Part shown: in pieces, positions 1 to 9,267 of the stretch | Position numbering within the stretch: position 1 is the first letter of the stretch | Layout of the letters: each line of letters begins with the position of its first letter | DNA from: an uncultured Alphaproteobacteria bacterium | GTDB lineage: Bacteria > Pseudomonadota > Alphaproteobacteria > Rhodobacterales > Rhodobacteraceae | Direction: 5' to 3' | DNA: 64,000 nt | NCBI GenBank assembly: GCA_963761735.1 | Contig: CAVXHQ010000003.1 | Location: 212,479 to 276,478 of the forward strand | Notes under the pieces: model-generated | Seen by the model: only the letters and a program-made list of their open reading frames with translations | The model's database searches: none | Told to the model about the DNA's origin: nothing | Translations under genes and position numbers: made by a program

Positions 1-78
1 CCTCGCAAAAGCGCCACGGATACCGGGGGGCGCCGCGCAGGGCCACGCCACAGCCGGGACAGTGATGATCCGCCAGGC

Positions 79-597
79 TCATCCGGCCAGCCAACGCGAC
101 ACGGCGGCGCGCAGGGCATCCGGCGTCACATCGGGCGGCAGGCCGGTACCCGGTATCGAAAACCCTTCGGGCGGCGAGATCGGCAGAACCGTCACGCCGG
201 GCGGTGTCGCAATGCCCACGATCGGTTCCCACGGGCTGAGGGCGCCATTACGCCCGACACCGCGTGCCGACAGGACGTGGCGGATGGGCATCTGGCGGAT
301 CGGCGAGGCCGCGACGATGGCCTGCACCGCGCTGTTGCGCCGCCCGCTGAAATACATGGCCCCGTAGGTCGCGGCCATGACAAGGTACAGGGTCGCGACA
401 GCCGGGGCCGAGATCATGTCGCCCCCCAGCCCCAGATGCGGAATCGTGCCGCCCCCGATCAGGACACCGACAAATCCAAGGTAAAGCCGGACCCGGAACC
501 TGCGCCCCACATAGGGATCGCGCAAATGCGCCGCAATCGCCGCCTCGTCGATATCGGCCCGCCGGGCGGTCACGACAATCTCCTCCTTGTCGGGCAT
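79..597 (-). CDS. hypothetical membrane protein (172 aa)
   Basis: Internal ATG (MPDKEEIVV...) of ORF 79..1035. The ATG overlaps the rsmD stop (TGATG at 595-599). Hydrophobic segments LYLGFVGVLIGGG and ISAPAVATLYLVMAATYGAMYF. No family recognised. Confidence 0.45.
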   Translation of the reverse strand: MPDKEEIVVTARRADIDEAAIAAHLRDPYVGRRFRVRLYLGFVGVLIGGGTIPHLGLGGDMISAPAVATLYLVMAATYGAMYFSGRRNSAVQAIVAASPIRQMPIRHVLSARGVGRNGALSPWEPIVGIATPPGVTVLPISPPEGFSIPGTGLPPDVTPDALRAAVSRWLAG

Positions 598-1154
598 CAC
601 GGCGCCACCAGAAGGGTGATCCACGTCTGGCCATAACGGCGGCTGTCGCGCAGGGAAAACCCCGGCGGTGGCGGCTGTGCCGTGGATTCTTCCCAGACGA
701 TCGTGGCACGCGGGCCGATCCAGCCCTGGGCGGCGGCGGCGACAAGAGCGGATGCGCCGAGCGATTTGCCATAGGGCGGATCGACGAAGACCAGCGCGCA
801 GGCAGCGCTGGCGGGAGGGAGAGCATCGGCGCGCAGGGCGAGGACGGCGGCATCGTCGACGCGCCCGGCCCGGCCGATGTTGTCGGCGATAAGGGCGCGC
901 GCGGGTTTGCCGCTGTCGACGAAGGTTGCATGGGCGGCGCCCCGCGACAGCGCCTCGAGACCGAGGGCACCGGTGCCCGCGAACAGATCGAGGACGCGGA
1001 CGCCACTCACCAGATCGCCCCAGCGGCCTTGGCACAGCATGTTGAACAGGCTTTCACGGACCCGGTCGGAGGTGGGGCGCAGGTGCGCCGCGGCGTCGCC
1101 CGCGCCAACCTCGGCCAGTCGCAGGCCACGGTTCCGGCCACCGACGATCCTCAT
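597..1154 (-). CDS. rsmD: 16S rRNA (guanine966-N2)-methyltransferase RsmD
   Basis: MRIVGGRNRGLRL..., SAM motif VLDLFAGTGALGLEALSRGA and catalytic VFVDPPYG. Start taken at the internal ATG (1152-1154) of ORF 597..1208. Confidence 0.85.
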   Translation of the reverse strand: MRIVGGRNRGLRLAEVGAGDAAAHLRPTSDRVRESLFNMLCQGRWGDLVSGVRVLDLFAGTGALGLEALSRGAAHATFVDSGKPARALIADNIGRAGRVDDAAVLALRADALPPASAACALVFVDPPYGKSLGASALVAAAAQGWIGPRATIVWEESTAQPPPPGFSLRDSRRYGQTWITLLVAP

Positions 1155-1227
1155 CGATAGGTTGTGACGAGCGGGGGCGCCAACGACAGGTTCGGCCCGG
1201 CGCCACATGTATCCCGACTGGCGCAGA

Positions 1228-2463
1228 TCATGCCTTCAACAAGGCCTTCATGTTTGTCTCCGGATTGACAAGATCTTGCGGATCTGGAGATTTACCCATT
1301 TCGATCAGACGTTTACCGATCATATAGTTGCGCGGATCGTTCATCGCGTCGACCGCGATCAGACGTCGGCCGCAATAATACCAATGCGAGAGCGCCTCAC
1401 CGGTTTCGCGCACATGCACCGCGTCATATCCGGTATTGAGCCCGGCGATCTGCAATTTGCAGTCGAATTGGTCCGACCAGAACCACGGCTGCGGCGCATA
1501 GGCAACGTCCTGACCGAGCATGGATTGCGCGGCGATTTCCGCCATGTCGATGGCGTTGCCGACGCTTTCAAGACGGATCCGCGCCCCCTGAAACAGGCAG
1601 GAGGCGCAATCGCCCGCCGCCCAGATGTGCGGATCCGACGTGCGGCAGGCGGCGTCTGTGGCGATGCCGTTATCAAGGGTCAGCTCCGCCATCTCGGCCA
1701 GTGCCGTGCGCGGCGCGATGCCCACGCCAACCACCACCAGATCGACGTCCAGCGTGGTGCCATCCGACAGCACGGCGCCCGCGACCTGTCCGGTGCCGGT
1801 CAGTCGATCGAGACCGGTGTTTTCGAGGATCCGCACCCCCTGGTCGGCATGCAGGGCGCGGAAAAAATCCGATGTCTCCGGTGCGGCGACACGTCCAAGG
1901 ATGCGCGGCCCCATCTCGATCAGAGTGACGTCGAGGCCGCGTTGTGCGGCAACCGACGCCGCCTCGAGGCCGATATAGCCGCCGCCGACGATCAGCACGC
2001 GTTTGCCCGGCCGCATCAGCGGCGCAAGGGCGTCGGCATCGGCCAGATCGCGCATCGTCAGCACACCGTCCAGATCGCCACCAATGGAGGCAGGCAGGCG
2101 GCGTGGCGCAGAGCCGGTGGTAAGGGCAAGCCGGTCGTAGGCCAGCATGCTGCCATCCGACAAAGTGATGCGCCTTGCGTCCCGGTCCAGCGCCGTTACT
2201 GTCACCCCAAGGCGCAGGACGATGTTGTGTTCGTCGTACCAGGCAGCAGGACGCAGATATAGCCGGGCCGTGGACATCTCTCCGGTCAGATAGGCCTTGG
2301 ACAGGGGTGGGCGCTGATAGGGCGGCACCACTTCGGCACCGACGAGGGTCAGCGGCCCGGCATAACCCTCGGCCCGCAGTTTCGCCACAAGGGCGGCACC
2401 CGCCTGCCCCGCGCCGACCACGACGATCCCCGCCCCGTTTCCGACATTGTTCCCGTCATCCAT
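1228..2463 (-). CDS. FAD-dependent pyridine nucleotide-disulfide oxidoreductase (ferredoxin/rubredoxin reductase-like)
   Basis: N-terminal GxGxxG (VVVGAGQAGAA), second dinucleotide fold VLIVGGGYIGLE, ATDAACRTSDPHIWAAGDCA motif; 411 aa. Confidence 0.8.
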   Translation of the reverse strand: MDDGNNVGNGAGIVVVGAGQAGAALVAKLRAEGYAGPLTLVGAEVVPPYQRPPLSKAYLTGEMSTARLYLRPAAWYDEHNIVLRLGVTVTALDRDARRITLSDGSMLAYDRLALTTGSAPRRLPASIGGDLDGVLTMRDLADADALAPLMRPGKRVLIVGGGYIGLEAASVAAQRGLDVTLIEMGPRILGRVAAPETSDFFRALHADQGVRILENTGLDRLTGTGQVAGAVLSDGTTLDVDLVVVGVGIAPRTALAEMAELTLDNGIATDAACRTSDPHIWAAGDCASCLFQGARIRLESVGNAIDMAEIAAQSMLGQDVAYAPQPWFWSDQFDCKLQIAGLNTGYDAVHVRETGEALSHWYYCGRRLIAVDAMNDPRNYMIGKRLIEMGKSPDPQDLVNPETNMKALLKA

Positions 2464-2568
2464 CGCACGCTTTCCCTTGGCTCTGTCCGCTTGGACACCC
2501 TATATCGTCCCACAAACCCAAAGGCCATTCGCCGCCCCCGGCACAGGCCACGTTCAAAGGACCCTGAC

Positions 2569-3057
2569 ATGACAGTTTCTCCCGGCACAGCCCTGCCCGA
2601 CGCCGCCCTTTTGCGGATGGGCGCCGACGGCCCCGAGACGGTGCAGCTTTCGAGCCTGACGACAGGCCGCAAGGTCGTGATTTTCGGCCTGCCTGGCGCC
2701 TTTACCGGCACCTGCAGCACGGCCCATGTCCCCAGTTTTGTGCGCAACAAGGAGGCGTTCGATGCCAAAGGCGTGGACGAGATCATCTGTGTCGCCGTCA
2801 ACGACCCCTTCGTGATGAAGGCCTGGTCCGACAACACCGGCGCCGCGGAGGGCGGCGTGACGATGTTGGGCGATGCAGAAGGCGCGTTTACCACGGAGAT
2901 CGGCATGACGTTTTCGGCGCCGCCCGCCGGCCTGATCAACCGGTCCAAACGCTACGCCATGTATGTCGTGAATGGCGAAGTGAAAATCGTCAACGAAGAA
3001 GAAAGTCCGGGCGTCTGCGAGATTTCGGCAGGCGAGACACTGCTTGGCCAGATCTAG
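2569..3057 (+). CDS. peroxiredoxin (Prx5/type II, AhpC/TSA family)
   Basis: KVVIFGLPGAFTGTCS peroxidatic Cys motif, ~162 aa. Start at the internal ATG 2569 of ORF 2491..3057. Divergent from the oxidoreductase. Confidence 0.85.
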   Translation: MTVSPGTALPDAALLRMGADGPETVQLSSLTTGRKVVIFGLPGAFTGTCSTAHVPSFVRNKEAFDAKGVDEIICVAVNDPFVMKAWSDNTGAAEGGVTMLGDAEGAFTTEIGMTFSAPPAGLINRSKRYAMYVVNGEVKIVNEEESPGVCEISAGETLLGQI

Positions 3058-4027
3058 GTGTTCAGTCCCGGCATCTGGTGGGTCGGATTTAGGATGAATC
3101 TGTCCGGCTCGGATGTCCAGATCTTGCAGATGTATTCGTAGGGCGTGAGGCCGCCGAGGGTCTTGAGCCTTCGCGCGTAGTTGTAGGCTGCCATGAAGTC
3201 ACCAAGGTGGGTGCGCAGCTGATCGTGGCTGTCGTAATGGTAACGCTTCACGGTCGCCTCCTTGATCGTTCGGTTCATTCGCTCGACCTGGCCATTGGTC
3301 CACGGATGGTTTGGCTTTGTCAGGCGGTGCTCGATCCCGTTGGCCTCGCAGATCATGTCGAAGCGCATCTGCCGCGAGTATGCCGTGTTCCTGTTCCGCG
3401 GCTGCTCGGCGAACTGGATGCCGTTGTCCGTCAGGATGGTGTGGACGTGATACGGCACGGCCTCGAGCATGTGCTGGAGGAACTCCCACGCCGTCTTCGG
3501 TCGGCTTTCTCAACGAGCTGGGTCACGGCAAACTTGCTGGTCCGGTCAATGCCCACGAAGAGGTAGAGCTTTCCTTCCGCGGTCTGCACCTCCGCAATGT
3601 CGATATGAAAGAAGCCGATCGGATAGCGCTTGAATTTCTGTCGCTTCGGTTTGTCCCCCTCGACGTCCGGCAGGCGGGATATGCCGTGCCGCTGCAAGCA
3701 CCGGTGCAGGGCCGACCGCGTCAGGTGCGGGATCGTCGGTTGCAGGGCATAAAGGCAATCGTCCAGCGGCAGCAGCGTATGGCGTCGAAAGGCGACGATC
3801 ATCGCCTCCTCTGTCTCGGTCAGAACCGTCGAGCGCGGCTCTCTCGGCCCCGTCTTCATATCCTCAACCGTCGCCCGCCTGCGCCACTTTGCGACCGTCT
3901 TGGGATTGATCCCAAGCTCTTGGCTCAACTGCGAGAGCGAAGCTTGCGATCGCTGTATTGCTGCTCTGACGGCGTGCGTGGTCGTGGCGCTCCCGTGACG
4001 AACTTGTCCCATAATGCTTCCTTCCAT
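3054..4027 (-). pseudogene. IS481-family transposase, split by a 1-nt deletion
   Basis: N-terminal half 3431..4027 (HTH, ...YLFVGIDRTSKFAVTQLVEKADR). C-terminal half 3054..3470 (MLEAVPYHVHTILTDNG...NGQVERMNRTIK). One extra A in minus-strand GACCGAAGACG (plus-strand TT 3496-3497) would restore ...ADRKTAWEFLQHMLEA. Total length 974 nt = 3n+2. Confidence 0.8.
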
Positions 4028-4070
4028 TCCAACGAAAGGATCACACCATCAAACCGTGGGATCAAACACC
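3057..4070 (-). mobile_element. IS481-family insertion sequence (~1.0 kb)
   Basis: Single rve/DDE transposase in two frames. Imperfect terminal inverted repeats: GGTGTTCAGTCCC at 3057 and GGGATCAAACACC ending at 4070. Left junction lies in CTAG and the right flank starts CTAAG. Confidence 0.8.
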
Positions 4071-4085
4071 TAAGGGTCGGCTTGC

Positions 4086-4109
4086 GGGGTTGGCACAATA
4101 GCCAACCCC
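4086..4109 (+). terminator. stem-loop, probable original peroxiredoxin terminator displaced by the IS
   Basis: GGGGTTGGC-acaata-GCCAACCCC, a perfect 9-bp stem, followed by an A/T-rich tract. Confidence 0.45.
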
Positions 4110-4151
4110 GGGCGCAAAATTTTACTAAAATTTTGGCGTAAATTTTTTCAT

Positions 4152-4176
4152 AAAAAAATTTGCCCCGTTGCGGGCG
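4152..4176 (-). terminator. mscS intrinsic terminator candidate
   Basis: Minus strand GCCC-gcaacg-GGGC followed by AAATTTTTTT, immediately after the mscS stop (4177). Confidence 0.45.
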
Positions 4177-5022
4177 TCACGCGTTTTGTTGCAGGACGGT
4201 TCGCGTGGGGAACGGAATCTCTATGCCTTCTGCGTCCAGTGCCTCTTTGACGCGGCGGGTCATATCCGTCTGATAGGCGAAATAGTCCGTTCGGTTGACC
4301 CAGACCCGCACCAGAAAATCGACCGAAAAATCACCCAGTGCATTTACCTGAATGAACGGCGCCGGATCGCTCAGCGAGCGGCCGTCGCCCATGATCGTCG
4401 TCAGGATGACCTCTTCGGCGCGTTTCAGGTTGGCCCCGTAACTGACCCCGAACGTCCATTCGGCCCGGCGCGTCGGATAGGCGGAATAGTTCGTGATCGT
4501 ATTGCCCCAGACCTCGGAATTGGGAACGATAACCTGCACGTTGCCGATGGTGGCAAGCTCGGTAAAATTCAGGGTGATCGACTGGACGGTGCCGACGGAG
4601 TCGTTGATCTCGACGAAATCGCCAACCTTGATGGGCCGAAAAAACACAAGCATGACCCCCGCCGCCACATTCGACAGCGTGCCCTGCAACGCAAGGCCGA
4701 TGGCCAGACCGGCGGCACCGAAAAGCGCCACCAGCGATGTCGTCTGCACCCCGAAGGTATTCAGCACGACCATCACCGTCAGCGCGAGGATGACGTACCA
4801 GACGATATTGGCGAGGAACCCGAACAACGTCTTGTCGAGGCTGGGATACCTTTCGGCCAGTCCTTCGATCCGGCGGCGGATGAAACGCCCGATGAACAGG
4901 CCCGCGACGAGGATGGCGATCGCGCCCGCCACGCCGCCGGCAACGCCGACGATGTATTCGAGCGAGAGAAGGTCGCCCAGGGTACGTCCGTCCCAGAGCG
5001 GTGTATTCAGATAGTCCTGCAT
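4177..5022 (-). CDS. mscS: small-conductance mechanosensitive channel (MscS family)
   Basis: Three N-terminal TM helices, pore-helix motif GAAGLAIGLALQGTLSNVAAGVMLV, beta-domain IKVGDFVEI...GTV...TEL; 281 aa. Confidence 0.85.
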   Translation of the reverse strand: MQDYLNTPLWDGRTLGDLLSLEYIVGVAGGVAGAIAILVAGLFIGRFIRRRIEGLAERYPSLDKTLFGFLANIVWYVILALTVMVVLNTFGVQTTSLVALFGAAGLAIGLALQGTLSNVAAGVMLVFFRPIKVGDFVEINDSVGTVQSITLNFTELATIGNVQVIVPNSEVWGNTITNYSAYPTRRAEWTFGVSYGANLKRAEEVILTTIMGDGRSLSDPAPFIQVNALGDFSVDFLVRVWVNRTDYFAYQTDMTRRVKEALDAEGIEIPFPTRTVLQQNA

Positions 5023-5309
5023 TATTTTCCTGCGATCTTGTCCATTGCGGCGGCGAGGGATCCGTCGAGCGCCGACAGGCCGCCGGTGTCATGTGTCGTC
5101 AGCGTCACCTCGACCGTCTTGTAGACGTTCGACCATTCGGGGTGATGGTTCATCTTTTCCGCCGTAATAGCCGCCTGCGTCATGAAGCCGAATGCCTCGA
5201 TGAAGTTCTTGAACTCAAACGTCTTGTGCAGTGCCGCGCCGTCTCGGGCCAAGGCCCAGCCCGCGGCAATCAGCGCATCACGGTCGCCCGCGTCGATGGC
5301 ATCGGTCAT
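5022..5309 (-). CDS. phhB: pterin-4-alpha-carbinolamine dehydratase
   Basis: 95 aa with [48 protein letters not shown] overlap with the upstream gene (5306-5309) and TAATG overlap with the mscS start (5020-5024). Confidence 0.85.
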   Translation of the reverse strand: MTDAIDAGDRDALIAAGWALARDGAALHKTFEFKNFIEAFGFMTQAAITAEKMNHHPEWSNVYKTVEVTLTTHDTGGLSALDGSLAAAMDKIAGK

Positions 5310-6550
5310 TCCTGTTCCTCCTGCTGGTCGCGTTTGAACGGGCCATAGCGCGTCATGACCTCGATGTCCTCCCCCACGGCGCGGGTTTCTGCGTCGAGAT
5401 AATCGGCGACCGCGCGGGAAAATCCCGCGTCGGCAAGCCAGTGCAGCGAATGGGTGGCCGCGGGCAGATAGCCGCGCGCCAGTTTGTGTTCGCCCTGTGC
5501 GCCCGCCTCGACTCGGGCGAGGCCCTGCGCAATGGCAAAATCGATCGCCCTGTAATAGCACAGCTCGAAGTGCAGGCAGGGGTGGTGTTCGGTCGATCCC
5601 CAATAGCGCCCGTACAGGGCATCGCGCCCGATGAAGTTGAGCGCGCCGGCCACGGGGGTGCCGTCGCGAACGGCCAGCACAAGGAGCATGTCATCACGCA
5701 ACCTGTCCTGCGCGATGTCGAAGAATTTGCGCGTCAGATACGGCGTGCCCCATTTGCGCGCGCCGGTGTCCTGATAGAACCGCCAGAAAGCGTCCCAGTG
5801 GTGCGGTTCGATAGCGTCGCCGGTCAGCGCCACGATCTGCCCGCCAAAGCCCTGCGCCTCGGCCCGCTCGCGGCGGATATTCTTGCGCTTGCGCGAGGAC
5901 AGGGATGCAAGAAAGGCGTCGAAATCGGCGTAGCCTGCGTTGTGCCAGTGGAATTGCTGGGTGATGCGCGGGAGCAGGCCCATGGCGCGTCCCGCGATGG
6001 CCTCGGCCTGCGTGCAGAACGTGATGTGCAATGACGACAGCTTGTTTTCGCTCGCCACCTCGATGGCGCCCTGCACGAGCGCCGCCATCCCCGTCGCCTC
6101 GTGCCCCGGTCGGGCCAGCAGCCTGCGCCCCGTTGCGGGCGTGAACGGCACCGCCATCTGCAATTTCGGGTAATAGCGGCCCCCCGCCCGCTCCCAGGCG
6201 TGTGCCCAGTTGTGGTCGAAGATGTATTCGCCCTGGCTGTGGCCCTTGGCATAGAGCGGGGCCACGGCAATCACCGCGCCGTTCTGTTTTGCCGACAGAT
6301 AGCGCGGCTGCCAGCCACTGCCCGTGCCGACGGAGCCCGACACTTCGAGCGCCGACAGGAAGCGGTAGGTGGTGAACGGGTCGGCGGGGCGACCGGACAG
6401 GTCCTCGGGACAGGCGCAGGCGTCCCAATCGGTCTGTCCGATTCCCGCGATCTCGGGATGGGCGGTGATCTCGATCGATCCGGAGTCATCGCTGGCGAAG
6501 TCTTCGGAACCGTCGGGCGGGATGTCGGCGTCTGTCATGTCACCGGACAT
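5306..6550 (-). CDS. GNAT/FemAB-like N-acetyltransferase (DUF482 family)
   Basis: 414 aa. Motifs [53 protein letters not shown] typical of the DUF482/COG3146 family as I remember it. Confidence 0.65.
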   Translation of the reverse strand: MSGDMTDADIPPDGSEDFASDDSGSIEITAHPEIAGIGQTDWDACACPEDLSGRPADPFTTYRFLSALEVSGSVGTGSGWQPRYLSAKQNGAVIAVAPLYAKGHSQGEYIFDHNWAHAWERAGGRYYPKLQMAVPFTPATGRRLLARPGHEATGMAALVQGAIEVASENKLSSLHITFCTQAEAIAGRAMGLLPRITQQFHWHNAGYADFDAFLASLSSRKRKNIRRERAEAQGFGGQIVALTGDAIEPHHWDAFWRFYQDTGARKWGTPYLTRKFFDIAQDRLRDDMLLVLAVRDGTPVAGALNFIGRDALYGRYWGSTEHHPCLHFELCYYRAIDFAIAQGLARVEAGAQGEHKLARGYLPAATHSLHWLADAGFSRAVADYLDAETRAVGEDIEVMTRYGPFKRDQQEEQE

Positions 6551-6569
6551 GGCCCGGAGGCGCCCGCAA

Positions 6570-7322
6570 TCAAGCCGGATATCCCTCGAATGTGATGCCG
6601 TGGGCCACCTTGCGCGCCTCGGCCTCCATCTCGGCGGATTTCACGGTCCAGCACAGGATCTGCGCTCCCGCCGCCCGAAGGTCCGCGACGCGGGCACGCC
6701 CCAGATCGGCAATCTCGTGGCTGATGAAACTGGCACCGACCGCGTCGTAATCGGGGATCTCGCGCAGACGGTCGCAGACGGCGGCGGGCAGCGGTGCCCA
6801 ATTGGCCGGATCATAGGCCGACGTCACGATACCGCGCGCGATATGCGGCGCCAGCCGTGCCATTTCCGCGACGGCGTGAGGGTTGAACGACATGAGCGCC
6901 ACGGGCCCGACATAGCCCTCGAGGGCGCGGACCGTGGCAGGGCCGAGCGGGCCGAGGGTCTCGCCCATCGCGCCGTCCTGATCCTTGATCTCGATCAGCA
7001 GCGGCACGCGCCCGCCAACCAGCTCAAGGACCTGTGCCAGCGTCGGAATGCCCTCGATACCGCCGGTCAGCACGACGCGTCCGAGGTCTGCGGCACCGCG
7101 CTGCGCCACCGGTCCCTGCTGCGGCGTCAACCGGTCAAGGTCATAGTCGTGGAACACCATCGGCACGCCGTCGCGGCTGCATTGCAGGTCAAGCTCGATG
7201 CCGTAACCGGAGGCAATGGCGGCGCGAAACGCCTCGAGGCTGTTTTCGGGACGCCCGGCGGCGCGGTCATGCAGGCCGCGATGGGCGATGGGGCGGGCGG
7301 TAAAACGCGGGTGCAGTGTCAT
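6570..7322 (-). CDS. glycerophosphodiester phosphodiesterase family protein
   Basis: IAHRGLH....PENSLEAFRAAIASGYGIELDLQ.SRDGVPMVFHD GDPD signature. Start at the internal ATG 7320-7322. Confidence 0.8.
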   Translation of the reverse strand: MTLHPRFTARPIAHRGLHDRAAGRPENSLEAFRAAIASGYGIELDLQCSRDGVPMVFHDYDLDRLTPQQGPVAQRGAADLGRVVLTGGIEGIPTLAQVLELVGGRVPLLIEIKDQDGAMGETLGPLGPATVRALEGYVGPVALMSFNPHAVAEMARLAPHIARGIVTSAYDPANWAPLPAAVCDRLREIPDYDAVGASFISHEIADLGRARVADLRAAGAQILCWTVKSAEMEAEARKVAHGITFEGYPA

Positions 7323-7326
7323 GGTC

Positions 7327-7818
7327 TCAGACGTCCTGAACCACGGGGCGGATCTGAAAGATCCCTTCGATCTCGACGGCAACGCCCAGCGGCAAAGACG
7401 CCATGCCGACGGCGGACCGGGCATGGGCGCCCGCATCGCCGAATGCCGCGACCAAAAGGTCCGAACAGCCGTTGATAACCTTCGGATGGTCTGTGAAATC
7501 GGCGGTGCAATTGACGAAACCGGTCAGTTTGACGATCCGCACAAGACGGTCGAGGTCACCGCCACAGGCCGCTTTGAGCTGTGTCAGCAGCGATATCGCA
7601 CATAGTCGCGCGGCGGCGGCACCGGCCTCGATGTCCATCGTCTCGCCCAGTTTTCCGGTCACGGGGCCATCGGCGTCCTGACTGATCTGGCCAGAGACAT
7701 AGACGATGTCGCCGACGATCACATGCGGCAGGTAATTGCCCTTGGCCTTCGGCGCGCCGACCGTATCGGGCAGCGTGACGCCCTGACGGCCAAGTTGGGA
7801 TTCCATCGTGCCGGTCAT
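7327..7818 (-). CDS. ridA: RidA/YjgF family reactive-intermediate deaminase
   Basis: 163 aa; VYVSGQ..., ARSAVGMASLPLGVAVEIE C-terminal signature. Confidence 0.75.
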   Translation of the reverse strand: MTGTMESQLGRQGVTLPDTVGAPKAKGNYLPHVIVGDIVYVSGQISQDADGPVTGKLGETMDIEAGAAAARLCAISLLTQLKAACGGDLDRLVRIVKLTGFVNCTADFTDHPKVINGCSDLLVAAFGDAGAHARSAVGMASLPLGVAVEIEGIFQIRPVVQDV

Positions 7819-7920
7819 GAACTGCTCCTGTTGTTCGGGTCGCCCCGAGGGTAGCGCGGCGTGCGGACCGCCGCAATCGGACGGCGGGCCAGCGGGGGAC
7901 CAGCGGGGGCCATCGCCCGG

Positions 7921-9267
7921 TCAGCCCTCGCGGAATGCCTTGGCGAAATAATCGGCCAGCGGCTTGATCAGGTAATCCATCGGCGAGCGTTGCTGGGTTG
8001 AGATGAACGCCTCGACCGGCATGCCGGGAATGAGGATCATATCCTGGGGCAGACGCGCAAGTTCGCCCTCGTTGAGGGCGATTTCGGCGCGGTAATACGA
8101 CACCTGCGAGCCCTGATCCTGAAACGCATCCGCCGATACCTGCGTCACCGTCCCGAAAAGTTCGGGCGTACGGCGCTGATCGAAGGCGGAGAACCGCACC
8201 GCGACCTCCTGCCCCACAAAGATCTGGTCGATGTCCTGCGGCACCACCTGCGTCGTGATGACAAGCGGGCGGTCCTGCGGGACGATGAACATCAGCTGAT
8301 CGGCGGGCCGGATCACCGATCGCGGCGCGAAGACGGCAAGACCGTAGACGATGCCGCCCACCGGCGCGCGGATGTCGAGACGGTCGAGGCGGCTGAGCAG
8401 GGCGCGACGCTGCTCGCTCAGCTCGATCTCGTTGAATTGCAGGTCGCGCAGACGCGAAATGGCCTCTTCGCGGCGGGCGGAAACGAGGCGCAGGACCTCG
8501 ATGTCGATTTCGGTCATGCGCCCTTCGGCCTGAGCGACGGCGGCGGTAAATTCACCCGCACGGCCCGCAAGGCTCGCCGCTTCGCGTTGCAGCGCAAGCA
8601 CCCGGCTCGATTGCGCGAGGCCCCGGTCCAGCAGGGTTTGCTGATCGGCAAGTTCAGAATCCAGGTAGGTCAGTTGCAGGGTGAGTGCTACCTGCTGCGC
8701 GTCGATCCCCTCGATCTGGCTCTGGATCTGGTCGCGCCGCTTGCCAAGCTGATCGCGCTCGCTCGCGGTGCTGGTCAGGCGGGCCTCGAACAGGCGGCTC
8801 TGCCCCTCCATCAGGCCGGGGGCGACGGGGTTCGTCGTCTCGAGGAGCAGGGCGTCGAACGTCAGTTCGGCGGCGTCGTCGCGCTCGGCCTCGAACCGGG
8901 CGCGGCGTGCCAGCACCTCGAGGAGCTGGCCTTCGACAACCGCCAGTTCGGACCGCAGAGTGTCGGCGTCGAGCCGGATCAGGATATCGCCCTGCTCGAC
9001 GACACCGCCCTCCTGCGCAAGGATCTCGGCGACCACGCCGCCATCGGGGTGCTGCACGACCTGACGGTTCTGGTCGACCTCGATCCTGCCGGACGAAATG
9101 ACGGCACCCGTGATCTGGGCAGCCACGGCCCAGCCGCCGAACCCGCCGACGAGGACGATAAGGCCCAGCACCCCCAGCAGCATCGGGCCGGTGACGCTCC
9201 ACCGAGATTTCGGCGCCGCCGTGCCGGATCCGGACGGGCCCGCCAGTTTGAGGTGCGCGCCGCTCAT
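7921..9267 (-). CDS. HlyD-family type I secretion membrane fusion protein
   Basis: N-terminal TM helix, long coiled-coil region, C-terminal IRAPVGGIVYGL...PGMPVEAFI motifs. Start at the internal ATG giving an ATGA overlap with the ABC gene stop (9264-9267). Confidence 0.85.
   Translation of the reverse strand: MSGAHLKLAGPSGSGTAAPKSRWSVTGPMLLGVLGLIVLVGGFGGWAVAAQITGAVISSGRIEVDQNRQVVQHPDGGVVAEILAQEGGVVEQGDILIRLDADTLRSELAVVEGQLLEVLARRARFEAERDDAAELTFDALLLETTNPVAPGLMEGQSRLFEARLTSTASERDQLGKRRDQIQSQIEGIDAQQVALTLQLTYLDSELADQQTLLDRGLAQSSRVLALQREAASLAGRAGEFTAAVAQAEGRMTEIDIEVLRLVSARREEAISRLRDLQFNEIELSEQRRALLSRLDRLDIRAPVGGIVYGLAVFAPRSVIRPADQLMFIVPQDRPLVITTQVVPQDIDQIFVGQEVAVRFSAFDQRRTPELFGTVTQVSADAFQDQGSQVSYYRAEIALNEGELARLPQDMILIPGMPVEAFISTQQRSPMDYLIKPLADYFAKAFREG

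Noticed and set aside
62-367. Plus-strand ORF at the window start, and the longer 318-aa version of ORF 79..1035.
   Set aside because: The sequence is Arg-rich nonsense overlapping rsmD and the downstream membrane protein. The internal ATG at 597, coupled to the rsmD stop, is the parsimonious start.
3431-3513. Programmed -1 or +1 ribosomal frameshifting in the IS transposase.
   Set aside because: No slippery heptamer or downstream structure occurs at the junction (GACCGAAGACG). IS481-family transposases are normally a single ORF, so a simple 1-nt loss explains it.
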